Positions 50,860-64,000 are shown, counted from the stretch's first letter. The stretch is DNA of 64,000 nucleotides from Octopus vulgaris (GCA_951406725.2 OX597815.1:191084001-191148000); one strand, 5' to 3'. Notes: generated by a model from the letters alone, not told the origin. Numbers and translations: made by a program.

Positions 50860-51290
50860 TGGAGCTCCTAGAGTCTTGCATGCATAGCAGACTTGCTACC
50901 TGCACCCTACGGTACCATGCTATCCATTCTTTTCAGCTATCTAATACTTTCCTGATTATTCTGGCCATGCCAAAGAGGCAAACCTTTTGTAACAGTTCTA
51001 CTGGGCACTCTATTCCAGTTTCCTTGATATTCTTCTTGATGCCTTCTGATACTGTTCCCAAGGACCCAACAATAATTGGCAGTATCTTCACCTTCATTTT
51101 CCATGGCCGGGTTATTTTTGCATTTAAGAGGGTTGTATCTATCTATCTTTTCACCTCCCTTCTTGACTATTCGTGGGTCAAAGGAACATGCAACATCAAC
51201 AATATAGCATATGTGGTGCATCTTGTCCACCACCACTAGGTCCACTCTGTTATGCTTTAGCACCTGATCTGTTTGGATTGGGGAGTCCTA
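50860..51290 (-). mobile_element. R4/Dong-type LINE 3' fragment (restriction-like endonuclease domain)
   Basis: HNRVDLVVVDK..ICYIVDVACSFD..IVKK..EKIDRYNPL, then after a frameshift PIIVGSLGTV...LQKVCLFG.ARIIRKVL; matches the RLE PD..D..EK..KY pattern. Confidence 0.8.
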
Positions 51291-51548
51291 GAGGATTATT
51301 ATTATTATTAGTAGTAGTAGTAAAACTGGGAAAAGTTATTGAAAATTTTTGTTTCTTTTTGTCATATGTAATATTTGAATGTTTGTGCACATCTTCTCTT
51401 AAATCACTTGTTATTTATCAACATCACCCAAAAAAATGACGAATTCTTTAGGATAAACACATTCGAAGGTGAATGAAATATAATGTTGTGATGTGCATAC
51501 CATTCTCAAAGGCGTCTAGAAATAACAGAAAGGAAAGGGGGAATGGGT

Positions 51549-51762
51549 TTAACCCTTTAACATTTAAACCAGCCGTATATGTTCCGAACATTCTACCTGT
51601 TTTATGTTCAAACCATCCAAATCCAGCTTCTCACATCTGCCATGCAATATCATTCTCAAAGATAAACAGTCACATCTTCGAAATCTCAGTTTGATTAATT
51701 CTTAACAGTGTGAATAAATAAGTGTTAAATTTGACAGAGTAATCTGAATGCTGAAGGGTTAA
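51549..51762. mobile_element. piggyBac-type MITE (family 2)
   Basis: TTAA|ccctttaac ... gctgaaggg|TTAA. Confidence 0.8.
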
Positions 51763-51842
51763 TTAAGGAATTTCAACCAAATTGTGGACTTAGCATTGCT
51801 AAAACTAAGACCTCACCTTCAAAGGCTGAACATTGCAAATAC

Positions 51843-52186
51843 ATTCTTGCTCACAACATCATAAGCGGAAAGTGTAACCTCTCGAAAGAGCTGTTCTTCA
51901 CTCCTGCTCCAGAGCGTCAGCTGCGGGGTCATTCTGAAAAGCTCTATCTGCGACGATTTCATCTCAATCGAAGGAGAGGGGCTTTCTCCGTCCGGGTTGC
52001 GGATCCGTGGAATAAGCTGCCGGACGAGATGGTGAATATGCCGACGACCGCTCGGTTCAAAGTCTCCCTTGACCACAAGTGGCCTGAACTCTTTACATGA
52101 ACACCACCCTGTACACAACTCCATGTCCCCCTACATGGCCTTGCTTTTTGCTTTTTGAGCCAAAAAATTTACTAACTAACTAACTA
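51843..52186 (+). mobile_element. Young 5'-truncated CR1-clade LINE with (ACTA)n tail
   Basis: Open frame 51843-52100: ILAHNIISGKCNLSKELFFTPAPERQLRGHSEKLYLRRFHLNRRRGAFSVRVADPWNKLPDEMVNMPTTARFKVSLDHKWPELFT*. Possible TSD acattc at 51841 and 52187. Confidence 0.9.
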
Positions 52187-52382
52187 ACATTCCTGAGTAA
52201 ATGAACCTTTCTTTCCATCTTTTGTAAAACCAAAATCTTTCCCTTCATTTATTGAGACCTTTGGTTGAATTCCTCAGTTTCAGTTATAATTTTCAATCTC
52301 TTCTGGTTTCCTTTGTTTGTTAGACGGTTTTACATTACTTTGGAATTATAAAGGTATTCACCTATAAATCTCGATAAACTAT

Positions 52383-52788
52383 AGGTGTAGGAGTGGCTGT
52401 GTGGCAAGTAGCTTGCTTACCAACCACATGGTTCCGGGTTCAGTCCCACTGCATGGCACCTTCTACTATAGTGTCTTCTACTATAGCCTTGGGCTGACCA
52501 AAGCCTTGTGAGTGGACTTGGTGGACGTAAACTGAAGGAAGCCCGTCGTATATATGTGTATATATATGTGTGTGTGTGTGTATATGTTTGTGTGTCTGTA
52601 TTTGTCCCCCCCAACATCGCTTGACAAACGATGCTGGTGTGTTTACGTCCTCGTCACTTAGCGGTTCGGCAAGAGAAACCGATAGACTAAGTACCAGGCT
52701 TACAAAGAATAAGTCCTGGGGTCGATTTGCTAGACTAAAGGCGGTGCTCCAGCATGGCCACAGACAAATGACTGAAACAAGTAAAAGA
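52383..52788 (+). mobile_element. Family A SINE, full length
   Basis: Complete head and tail. Confidence 0.9.
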
Positions 52789-54807
52789 CTATCCATAAAC
52801 ATTCCATCCGATTATTCTTTCATTCTCGACCAAACTTTCTTTGGAACATTTTCAAGAAAACCACAAGGCTAATTTCTATTGGATGGTGAGTAGTCAGTTA
52901 AGTTAATTTTAGTTATATATATCGTTAGTTACTTTATAAATATTTATAGTTAGTTACTTTATATATATATTGTTAGTTACTATATCGACACTAGAATTAC
53001 AGCAAGCAAAGTCGATAATGACTGTTTTCACCTCATCCAATATATTGGACCATGCTCAAATTAATATCAATCAACACAATCCCTCCAATACCCCTAACAC
53101 CTCTGTCTTATCAATGCCTCGAACCTTATCAACCCTTAGCTATGTGTTAACCGAATTAAAAGCATTGAAGGAATGAATTGTTAATATTCATTCTATAAGG
53201 AGCGTGAGCGTACTCACTATCCAGAATTACAGAAAGCACTTGTTTTCAGCAAGTAATTTTTTTATTATTATTATTATTATTATAAATATCATCATCATCA
53301 TCATCATCACCACCACCATCATCATCATCATCATTATTATTAATATCATTTTTCTTGTTATGAACCAACCATTACACTTTTATTGAATTATGTTATTAGA
53401 ATATCAGGAGCTCTGAATAGAAACACCAGATATCATGCTATCTGTGATATATCTTTCCCTTGGCATAAAATGATTTTTTATTATTATTATTGGCCACTTA
53501 CGTCTCAGATAATATTGTAATATTGTAACAGACATAACAACCCCAGTTTTTTTAGGAGTTTTTTTTTTTAGCTTTTTTTTTTCTCTCTTTTAATCATTTG
53601 ACTCATTATAATATTAACCACTAAGTTTTGTTATCGTTCACAAATAATTAGAGATAAACGAATGCTTCTGGATCTACACTGAACAGGAACAATACATAAA
53701 AGCAAATTTCAATGTCAGCTTTCTTTCACAAATGATGCTGTTATTACTGATATTGTCACTTTCCATAATATTCTATTCAAATGGTTTTATTACACACATT
53801 AAATGATTAAATGATTCATTAAGCTCCGAAAAATGCATTCATTCATTTGCAATCAATGTCCTGTGCAAGAATGTTTGGTCTTTGGACAGAACACTGAATT
53901 CTACATGCATCATTTTCAACACCTAGTTGATGTGACGCATGTAAATGTATCAGAATTTGGGTTCTATATGTACTTAATTCAATACAAGAATAACATACCT
54001 ATAACCACTAGAACTTTGGTTAATGAGCGAACCCCTATGCAGCCATTTAACCTGCAAGAAAAAGTAACCAAATCTCCTCCAAATCACACTGTACCGACTT
54101 AAAAACTATATGAACATCTTCATCATTTAACATTTGCTTTCCATGCCGGCATGGAGTGCGCTGTACCTGGAAAGTGTAAGACCAAATAACCACAGCTCAA
54201 ATACCTTTGATTATAGATTTACTGGATCAGAAATGACCAGTGGCTAACCAAGAACAACACTCACTAGATCATTGGGAATAGTTACTTGCAGCAACTTGGC
54301 ACTCTTAATCAAAGAGAAATTTACATCTCAGCTTAATACCAATGAACTAAGAACTAATGTACTGGACTTGTTAAACGTTTTAGCTAGTGGAAACTATTAC
54401 CATTAGTGTAGCAGATATCGATATCTATTTTAATCTATCATGGTAAGAGCTGACGTGGCTGAGTGGTTGAGAAACTTGCTTCCTAACTTCATGGCATCTT
54501 GGACAAGTAAGTGTCTTCTATGGTAACCCCAAGCCAACCAAAGTCTTGTGAGTGGATTTGGTTGACAGAAACTGTGTGTGTGTACTTGTGTATACCCTTG
54601 TCCAGACATCATGTGATAGATGTAGAGGAGCAACATTATCATAAAAGTAAGGTTATTTTTATTCCTAGGCCATTGGGAAATATTACCTTACTTGGAAGCA
54701 GGTGAGGGTTGGCAACAGAAAGGATATCCAGCTGTAGAAAATCAGTCTTAACAAATTTCATCTGACCCAGGCAAGCATGGAAAAGAAGACATTAAGTTAA
54801 TCATTTG

Positions 54808-55036
54808 TTAACCCTTTTGTTACCATATTTCTATTGAGATGTTCTGTGTTTCTTTCAATTAATTTTAAATATAACAAAGAATTTAGTAAAATAACTTAGT
54901 TATCATTAAGCAAGTGTTAGGAACATAAATTGTGACTAAGGTTTGGTGGAATATTTTAATTCAAAACTTATGAAAACAAGAAATTTGTACTCAGAGCCAG
55001 AACCAGTTTCAGCTGGGTTGGTAACGAAAGGGTTAA
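54808..55036. mobile_element. piggyBac-type MITE (family 1)
   Basis: TTAA|cccttttgttacc ... ggtaacgaaaggg|TTAA; reverse complement of 27573-27792. Confidence 0.85.
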
Positions 55037-57187
55037 ATGATGATATACTCCATTCCTGCTAAACCCATCTAACTTACTGCCTGATGGTTTTGGTTTAATG
55101 CTCCAGAATATAAAGCTAGACATCAACTTTATGAGCTCTTTCAGTTCTTGAAGATATTTATCATTTGTTTTTAACCAATCATGAAATATGATATTTATTA
55201 GGGGAAGATAGGTAAGCAACATCAAACTTTTATCAGAGAATTCTTCCAAGTATTTTCAAATAGTGATTAATAGGTACCATATTTCCTTTGTTCTTAGAAA
55301 TGGGTGACTCAGAGCAATGATGAGGTGAAACCATAACTTAGAATGTATAAACTCTATTACATGTATTGTGTACTGTTCTCTTAAATTTGTATATCCTAAA
55401 CACACACATACACATATCTTTATTGCTTGATTCACTACTTAAACAAAGCTAGTAGTTCCACCATACTAATACTTTCAAAATGAAGAAAGTTTACTGACTT
55501 AGTAAACTTTCTTCATTGTATGAGCATCGATATCATGAAACTCCTAGTTACGATGATGTTACAACCTCTTTATAATAAAAATATACACATACTTTACTTG
55601 TTCGTATTGATTGCTCTTATTCCTCATGCATACAGCACAGTATGTGCACATACATACATTCATACACGGATACCAGTATATATATATAATATGATGGAAT
55701 ATTATTCCAAACTTACAGGGAAAAATTCAGTTTAGAAATACTAAATCAAATTTCACAAAATATAATATATATATAAATAAATTTTGCATATTACTTAATC
55801 ATTGTTATATCTTTTATCTTATATTTAATCTTTCTATAAGATGTAATTTTTCTAAATGGTATAATTCAATTTTTCATTATTGAATTGATAAAAGGTGGTT
55901 TTTTTCTAATTTATATATATATATATATATACACACACAGATACCAATATATATGTGTATGCACATACATACACATACATACATTCATACATGGATACCA
56001 GTATATAATTATCTACTATAATAATATTCTTGCGTTTTTCTCTGTAACAACATATGAATGAGAAAGGAAGAGGTAATAGATAAATAAGGAAGGAAGGCAT
56101 GATGGCAAATTTGGTAGTGGGATGATGGAAATTCTACGGTGAAAAAAGATCAAACAGCATTTCAACTCTTGTGTGAGTATATGTGTGTGTATGTAAAAGG
56201 AAAGTATGCGAATGTTTGTGTGTGTGCATTTATGAAATGGATAAGGAGGATTTAAAATATGGTTTGGACAATGTGTTGTCCTTAATATTGTAAATATATT
56301 TTTAATCATTTCTCAGGTATTCAGTTAACTACAGAGAGCTTGAAAATGAATAAGTGAAAGATTCTTGAAATATAATAATGAGCAAGATATTAAAAAAAAT
56401 ATTTTCCTACATATTGTGGTTGTTACTGGAATATATATTCATATGTAGGTGTATACTGGGATATATCAAGGCCAATAAGCCAAGTGTGTTACAGACACTC
56501 AGTCGTTGTAAAAGGAAGTTGTTCTCCTGTGACATACCCAACAGCAATTAGCATATTTTGTGTTCGGATCTGCTGAAAGGTATTAAGAATGAGTATGCAA
56601 AATATCATTTCAGATCTCACTCTATGCGGTGTAAATAATGATTTTTTTTTTACTGGAAATTATGTTATATTGAAAAATAGTATATAGACACATAGGTGTA
56701 TATCGAAGATATAATAATTCAGAATGATTTGAAATATCAGTCATGAATATAATATAGTTTATGTATCAGGAATTGATTGGAAAAAAAAAAGCAAGTTAGG
56801 TTAAGTATTATCAAGAATCATTATAAATTTATATTCTCAGATTTTATTTGCTATGGTGAAAAATCTTAGTATATTGAAAAAATGTCAACACTGAATGAAA
56901 GAGAAATGCCAGCTGTTCTTAATCAGTTGTATAACACAGAGCTGGCTTGAGAATAAATGTCAATCACTCTTGTTCTACAACGGAATAATAATGAAGTGCT
57001 TTGCAGATTTTTAACAAACTGTTATTGTTTCTTTTTCCTTGCAAGTGTGCAGGACGCCCCCCCCCCCTTTCCAATTCGAGGAATGATGGAGAGGATTTGA
57101 TGATTGGTGATGTTACTCTTTTCAACGTTTCATTTTTTTTTTCTCTACAGATAATATTAAAAGAACTTATAGAGACTATCACTTGTG

Positions 57188-57720
57188 TGAAGGCGTGTGG
57201 CCTAAGGGTTAGAATGCGAGCTGGCAGAATTGTTAGCACGCCGGGCGAAATGCGTAGCCGTATTTCGTCTACCATTACGTTCTGAGTTCAAATTCCGCCG
57301 AGGTCGACTTCGCCTTTCATCCTTTCGGGGTCGATAAATTAAGTACCAGTTACGCACTGGGGTCAGTGTAATTGACTTGATCCGTTTGTCTGTCCTTGTT
57401 TGTCCCCTCTGTGTTTAGCCCCTTGTGGGTAGTAAAGAAATAGGTTAGAATATTGCAACCACGATTGCAAGATTGTGGTTTCAATTCCCAGACCATCCAT
57501 GTTTTGTGTCCTTGGGCAAGATACTTCATTTCACACTACTCCAGTCCATTCAGCTGTAAATAGGGAACCCTGCAATGGACTGGTATACTGTCCAGGTGGA
57601 GTGTTGACCCACCTGTCTAACCAGCAGAGTAGCACCATTCTAAAGCTATAACAATACAAGGAAGCACATTGTGGTCAGTGGTGTGTAACAACATTTGATA
57701 ACCTGGTCGATACAGTGATA
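57188..57720 (+). mobile_element. Family D-like SINE with nested family B SINE (57216-57442)
   Basis: TSD ggttagaat at 57207-57215 and 57443-57451 splits the tRNA-like head. Confidence 0.85.
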
Positions 57721-59340
57721 CAGGGACATTAACTACAGTTCCTGCCATTATAGTTTACCAATTTCATTTATATAGAAAGTACCACTCAATTTCTTGCCAT
57801 GGTGCAATCACATTATAATAAGATTGAATGAGAATGATCACACCTGATGAATTCTGAGTAGGGATGGAGTGAATTATCATTTGTTTCTAAATGAGTGTAC
57901 TCTACTACGTTTATTGAGCCCTCTTCCTCTTGTATGTAACCTCAAAGATGTGTGTGTGTATGTTTGTGTAAAGCAAAATGTGGTCTTCTGTCCTACCTAG
58001 TAGAACAGTATTTCCAGATAAAGACTAAGGCTGAAACTGGAAAGACCCTTGCAACCCATGCCAGCATAGAAAGCGTACATAAAATGATGATGATGATGGT
58101 AAATGTATATTTGTTGTTTTTGTGTTTGAATTAGTCATTCATTATTGATTTGCATGTACTATGTATATGTAAACCTTCTGTTAGGCCATAAACTCCTTAT
58201 TGAGGCATAGAGGCGCCTTTCCGATATACTGTGTGTTAACAGCATTTTGAACCTGGCAAATTTCTTCCAGAAAGAAAGACAGAGAAATGGAGAGGGAGAG
58301 AGAGAGAGAGGGAGAGACCACAGATAGACAGAAACAGACAGGCAGATAGAGGGAAAGATTGACCCCAGTTGTAGAAACCATGCCAAAGCAGACAGTTGGT
58401 GCCTGGTGCAGCTCTCTGGCTTGCCAGCTTCTGTCAAACCGTCCAACCCATACCAGCATGGAAAACAGACATTAAATGATGATAATGATGATGATGAGTA
58501 TTAACAATAACAATTTACAGTAACATTTTTGCATTGACTGACTGACTAATGTGTTGTATTAGTGGCTAAAATTACAGAACTGTAAACTGAAACCTAACTG
58601 TATTTAGCTTTGTTACTACTATGTTCTGAGTTCAAATCCCAATGTGCCAACTTCACCTTTGATTCTTCTGGGTCAGCAAAATAAGCACCAGTTTACATGG
58701 TTGTAGGAAGAGGGGTGGTTTAAATCAATAATACACCTCTTCGTCAAATTTGTGGCCATGTATCATTGAAAAAAAAAATCAATATTTATTATATGTGAAA
58801 TATAATATTTTATGTTATCTAGAGTTGATCGGAATAATTGATTCCTAATTGTGAATAGTGGGGAAATCTATTGCAAAGTTCGTAAAATATGGTGTCCATA
58901 AAATAATAAATGTAGACATTTATTATTACTGTAGTGGTGGTGGTGATGGGGTCTTTTTGGTTTTATTTATATAAGGTCTGACCAGTACGTTATGAGTGGA
59001 ATTTGGGAGACAGAAACTACACAAACACATTGTGTGTATGTGTATGAGGGCATGCAAGGCACTGGCATGGATGTGAAGTTAGCACATTGGGACTTGAACT
59101 CAGAACATAGTAGAAGCTTCCCAACTATGTGGTTTCAGGTCCACTCCTACTGTGTGGCACTTTGGGCAAGTGTCTCCTATTATACTACTGGGCTAATTAA
59201 AACCTTGAGTGTGGGTTTGGTAGATGCAGATTGGAAGAAGTCTGTTGTGTGTGTGTGTGTGTGTGTAACCATCATTTAATGTCTGTTTCCCATGGCTCTA
59301 TTGTCTGTTTTTACATGGTTTCTACAACTAGATGCCCTTC

Positions 59341-59375
<35 letters not shown>

Positions 59376-59455
59376 AATTGCAGCATGGAAGGTGTTTATA
59401 AGCCATTTAAGAAACACACAAAAACCGTTAGATTCACTTCAACATTTAAATTTAA

Positions 59456-59506
59456 TTTGTCAAAATATTTTCGTCCCTTTGAGACCGCGACCTGTTCACT
59501 GACAAA
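59456..59506 (-). ncRNA. Minimal hammerhead ribozyme motif, G3-C8 core variant
   Basis: Reverse complement: tttgtca-GTGAACA-g-gtcgc ggtctcaaa gggac-GAAA-atat-TT-tgacaaa. 7-bp stem I, palindromic AAATATTT stem III, UUU site. Lies in a ~200 bp element between (TA)n tracts (59372-59570). Confidence 0.7.
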
Positions 59507-60459
59507 ATTTCGTGCTCCAGCACACGATCTCAGATCAGGTCACTTGATATGCAAGTACATTTCCATAATAAATATATATATATATACTCTTTTACTCTTT
59601 TACTCTTTTACTTGTTTCAGCCATCCTGCTGAGATATATATGTATATATAATGTATGTGTATAGTGAAGGTGTGTCACCCTGTGTCTATATTTATTTTGA
59701 CTGGTGTAATAACTATGTTGTATCAAAATAAAACAATAAAATAAGTACCAGTTTAAACGATGTACTAAGGGTGGGAGTTGGTATATAGAATTTAAAATAA
59801 AAAAGCTTTGAAGGAGGTGCCTGACCCTTACTGTGGTTCAATAACTAAATAAAATAAAAGAATTCTGATAATGTAATCTAAAGCCTGTACTTTTTCCATT
59901 ACAAATGTTTGAAAACATTCTTAATTCAACCACAGCCATGAATACTTAAACAGGAAACATTAGCAGCTATTGTGTTCTTTTGGTAATAATACAGATTAGT
60001 TGCTTTCATTACACAACTTCATAATAAGCTGCAGTTTGTGAAATGCCCAAATTTCTCTGTCTCAAAGTTATTCATTTTGTATTGTATTGGCATTAGTCAG
60101 TTGAATATTATGTGAAATTTGGTTTTATTTCATTTCAACAAGCAGTCATGCGTTACAATTAAATTTGACTGGTGCAGTTCAGGTGATTACACCAGTAAAA
60201 CTGTTTATGAAGATTTTATTAAGTTACTCAAATAGAGTTAATCTAGAGAAAAATCTTTACCATAAGATTTGTCTTCGAGAGGACAAAATTCCTCACATAA
60301 AATAACATTAATATTTATTTACATTCGACAATTATCATTGTTGATTTATCTGGTAGTGAAGGTACTTTTGGGTTTAGATTACTGCCTTATTGATCTCTTG
60401 TTTTTCCTTCTTTTGTTCTTGATTCGTAAGTAAAAAGTCTTGAAGATTAATCTTTCACC

Positions 60460-60497
<38 letters not shown>

Positions 60498-61204
60498 AAA
60501 ACCATAAACTTTTAGTCCTGACAACTATTGTACTTTTTATCTCATTTGGTATGAGATAAATGTAGAGACAGAATAGATAAATGGTAGAATAGATAAAATA
60601 TTGAGCTGCCAACCTATTTAGTGATGCCTGTGAGCAAGTATTTAATTATAGGTGCCTCAGTTCACCTTTACTAGATTTTATCAAAATACTACCTATGTCA
60701 GATTGGTCGCCTATCTCTCATCTGCATAATTGTATTGTATTTGGGGCTAGCAATCAGATGTTCTGAAATGCCATGATTTCTAATGACATCATTATCACAA
60801 AGTTAACAGATATCTGTTTTAATCTAAAACAACTTACTGGCTGTCAGAAAAAAAAATTGCTTCCAGCTTATAAATTGAAATAAGATTGATGTGTATCTTT
60901 TTTTTAAATTAGATACTTTTAGTCACGATATTCTTTTTTCTTTTAGTTGTGTATATGTGTGTGTTGGTTTAGAATAAACAATAAAAGCACGTATGAATGA
61001 ATCTGGCTTGCTTGCCAAGCCAGTGGAGTGGCATCATTCAAAAGCTAAAACAATGGAAAGCGCATTGTGACCAGCAATGTATAACATCCAATAGTCTGGT
61101 TGATATCATGATGAATGAATTACTAGTGTTAGAATTTTCAGTTGAAAGTTAGATTAAACATAATAAACCTTAATATTAGTCTATCGGCAATAGTTAATAT
61201 ATGG

Positions 61205-62025
61205 ATACAAGTGAGACCGTGGCCAGAGCAACAAGCTGGCCCCCATGCCGATGGCACATTAAAAACACCATTCGAAGCATGATTGTTACCTGCATTACCT
61301 TACTAGCACCTGTGCTGGCGGCACGCGAAAAAAATTTTGAGTGCGGCCGTTGCCAGTGCCACTGGACTGGCTCCTGTGCAGGTGGCACATAAAAAGCACC
61401 ATTTGAGCATGGCCATTGCCAGTACCGCCTGACTGGCCCTCGTGCTGGTGGCACGTAAAAGCACCCACTACACTCTCTGAGTGGCTGGTGTTAGGAAGGG
61501 CATCCAGCTGTAGAAACTCTGCCAGACCTCAGTCAAATTGTCTAACCCATGCTAGCATGGAAAGCAGGCGTTAAATGATGATGGTGAAGGCATATTTATT
61601 CTATTTATTAAATACTTATCTATATTTAAAGTGCAGGAGTGGTTCAGTCCCATTGCATGGCACCTTGGGCAACAGTCTTCTACTATAACCCCAGGCCAAC
61701 CAACACCTTGTGAGTGGATTTGGTAGACAGAAACTGAAAGATGCCTGTTGTTTGTGTATATAAATGTGTGTGTGTGTGTGTGTGTGTGTGCATGTTATTG
61801 TGTATGTGTTTGTCCCCCGTCACTGCTTGAGGACTGATGTTGGTTTGTGTATTCCCCCCCCCCCATAACTTAGCAGTTTGGCAAAAGAGAACAAACAGAA
61901 TAAGTACCAGGCTTTCAAAAAAAAAGCACTGGGGTTGATTCATTCGACTAAAAAAAAAGAAGGAAAAAAAAACCCTTCAAGATGGTGCCCCAGTTTGGCC
62001 ACAGTCCAATGGCTGAAACAAATGG
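61205..62025 (+). mobile_element. Family C SINE (61205-61585) followed by family A SINE (61630-62025)
   Basis: Diagnostic motifs of both families. Confidence 0.85.
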
Positions 62026-62359
62026 ATAACAAATACGACAATTACAATTGATAGTTTTTGGAAACTATTGCATTAAATTGAGGTAATCCTGAGCCATTTT
62101 TTCACAGCTTGCCTCTCTCTCCACCAAACTGATGACTATAGCATTTTGTAAAAAGCATATACTTTCTCCCAAAACTCTAAATATTTATGTAACAGAATAA
62201 ATTCAAAACCAACTAACTACTTGGTGTTCTACTTATCAACCAATATATTCTCAAGAAAGAGACTAAAGCAGTATCAAATTCTTTGTAACATAATTCAAGC
62301 TAAAAATTGAGTCTACTGTATATCTTATTTTTTTACTTTTATTTATATTTTATTATTTT

Positions 62360-63190
62360 TTCCTTCATTTGTTTCAGTCGGTTGACTGCGGCCATGCTGG
62401 AGCACCTCCTTGATGAATTTTTAGTCGAATGAATTGAGACCATTAACTTTTTTTCTTTTATTAAAGCTGGTACTTATTCTATCGGTCTCTTTTTATTCTA
62501 AACCACTAAGTTATGGGGATGTAAACGCGCCAACACTGGTTATCAAGCAGTAGTGAGGGACAAACACAAACACACACACACATACACACACGCACACACA
62601 TACACACATATATTTCTTTATTGCCCACTAGGGGCTAAACACAAAAAGGACAAACAAGGACAAAGGGATTAAGTCAATTACATCGACCCCAGTGTGTAAC
62701 TTGGATTTATTTATTCAACCCCAAAAGGATGAAAGGCAAAGTCAACCTCGGTGGAATTTGAACTCAGAACATAACAGCAAAGGAAATACCTATTTCTTTA
62801 CTACCCACAAGGGGCTAAACACAGAGAGGACAAACAAGGACAGACAAATGGATTAAGTTGATTATATCGACCCCAGTGCATAACTGGTACTTAATTTATT
62901 GACCCCGAAAGGATGAAAGGCAAAGTCGACCTCGGCTGAATTTGAACTCAGAACATAATGGCAGACAAACTACCGCTAAGCATGTTCGCCAGGCATGCTA
63001 ACGATTCTGCCAGCTCACTGCCCTCACACACACACATACACAACAGGCTTCTTTCAGTTGCTGTCTACCACCGACTCCTCTCACAAGGTTTTGGATGGCC
63101 CAAGGCTATAGCAGAAGGCACTTACCCAAGGTGTCACACAGTGGGACTGAACCTGGAACCATGTGGTTGGGAATGAAGCTTCTTACCACT
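62360..63190 (-). mobile_element. Family A SINE with a family B dimer (62612-63025) inserted in its (CA)n tract
   Basis: Family A tail at 62360-62580 and head at 63040-63190 flank two family B units. Confidence 0.85.
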
Positions 63191-64000
63191 TCTTGCTACA
63201 CCGATATACCTGCACTTAACCATTTGTTTTATTATGCAGTATAATATAATTTCGATGAATTCATTTTTCCCCCCCTCTTTTTGTAATATTTGTAGTTTAG
63301 TTGCTTAACCCTTTATTGTGATAAATAATGAATCAAAATGATAAAGAATAATGGCTCATACTAGCATATGAAACGAAACAGAAGTATTTGTTTTAAAGTA
63401 TTATAAATTTGAAATATATTTCTTTCACCTAAATATTGGTTAGAATAGCAGATATTGAATATTTTGATATGTTTTTCCTGATATTAGTTTGGATTATTTA
63501 TTAAATCTTTTGATACACATGAAAAATGTGTGTGTGTGTGTGTAAATTTATACATGTATATGTGAAATTAATGCAAAGACAAAAAAAAAAAACAAAAGCA
63601 GCAATGGAAATAGTCTATAAGAGAGCAATAAGATTATTTGCATGGTAAAATTTACTATAATGTCTCAAACTCTCAGAAAATTATGACAACCTCTTTGTGG
63701 CGGGTGGGGCACATCTGCTTATTCCTGAGTTTAAACTAAACATGTAACTGATGTATTACTTTGGTATGTTATGTATATATTACTTTTAAGTTAGAAACAG
63801 TCTGAATCTTATCAGATTTATTATTCAGTACGTAGTTTCTAACAAATATAACAGACCTGCTATAAATCAATATTTTTTTTTTATCCACTCACACACACAC
63901 ACCACATGTGTGTGTGTCTATGTGTGTGCATATAACCTAACAATTTGAAATAAAGTGACAAAAAGTTTGTTTTCAAAGTTACTAGGTAAAAACCACAAAT

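Noticed and set aside
55311-55380. C/D snoRNA-like (ATGATGA with terminal stem)
   Set aside because: No CTGA D box at the 3' end and no identifiable guide.

Overview
AT-rich, microsatellite-dense eukaryotic DNA. The repeat repertoire is what I recognise from Octopus (coleoid cephalopod) genomes; this is an inference and no database was used. No protein-coding gene can be reconstructed. Nearly all ORF-track entries are SINE or microsatellite artefacts, apart from decayed LINE fragments (RTE, CR1, R4/Dong-type) and a few weak minus-strand exon candidates. The window is dominated by four or more SINE families (labelled A-D here; my own labels), two non-autonomous Helitrons, TTAA-flanked piggyBac-type MITEs and a pogo/Tigger-like MITE. 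The main hidden signal is a set of about 10 short, mostly unrelated elements, usually sitting in or next to (TA)n tracts. Each carries a minimal type-I hammerhead ribozyme fold with a palindromic stem III, typical of Penelope-like element LTR remnants. Their catalytic cores sample all four Watson-Crick combinations at the 3:8 pair (C-G, U-A, A-U, G-C), and there is also a position-6 variant. One such ribozyme lies in a ~450 bp palindrome built from two head-to-head tRNA-like heads. A 1.6 kb tandem duplication, its chimeric junction and three sequence patches copied at the same ~1.55 kb offset look like a long-read consensus artefact. There are also many inverted repeats, which are candidate ADAR substrates.
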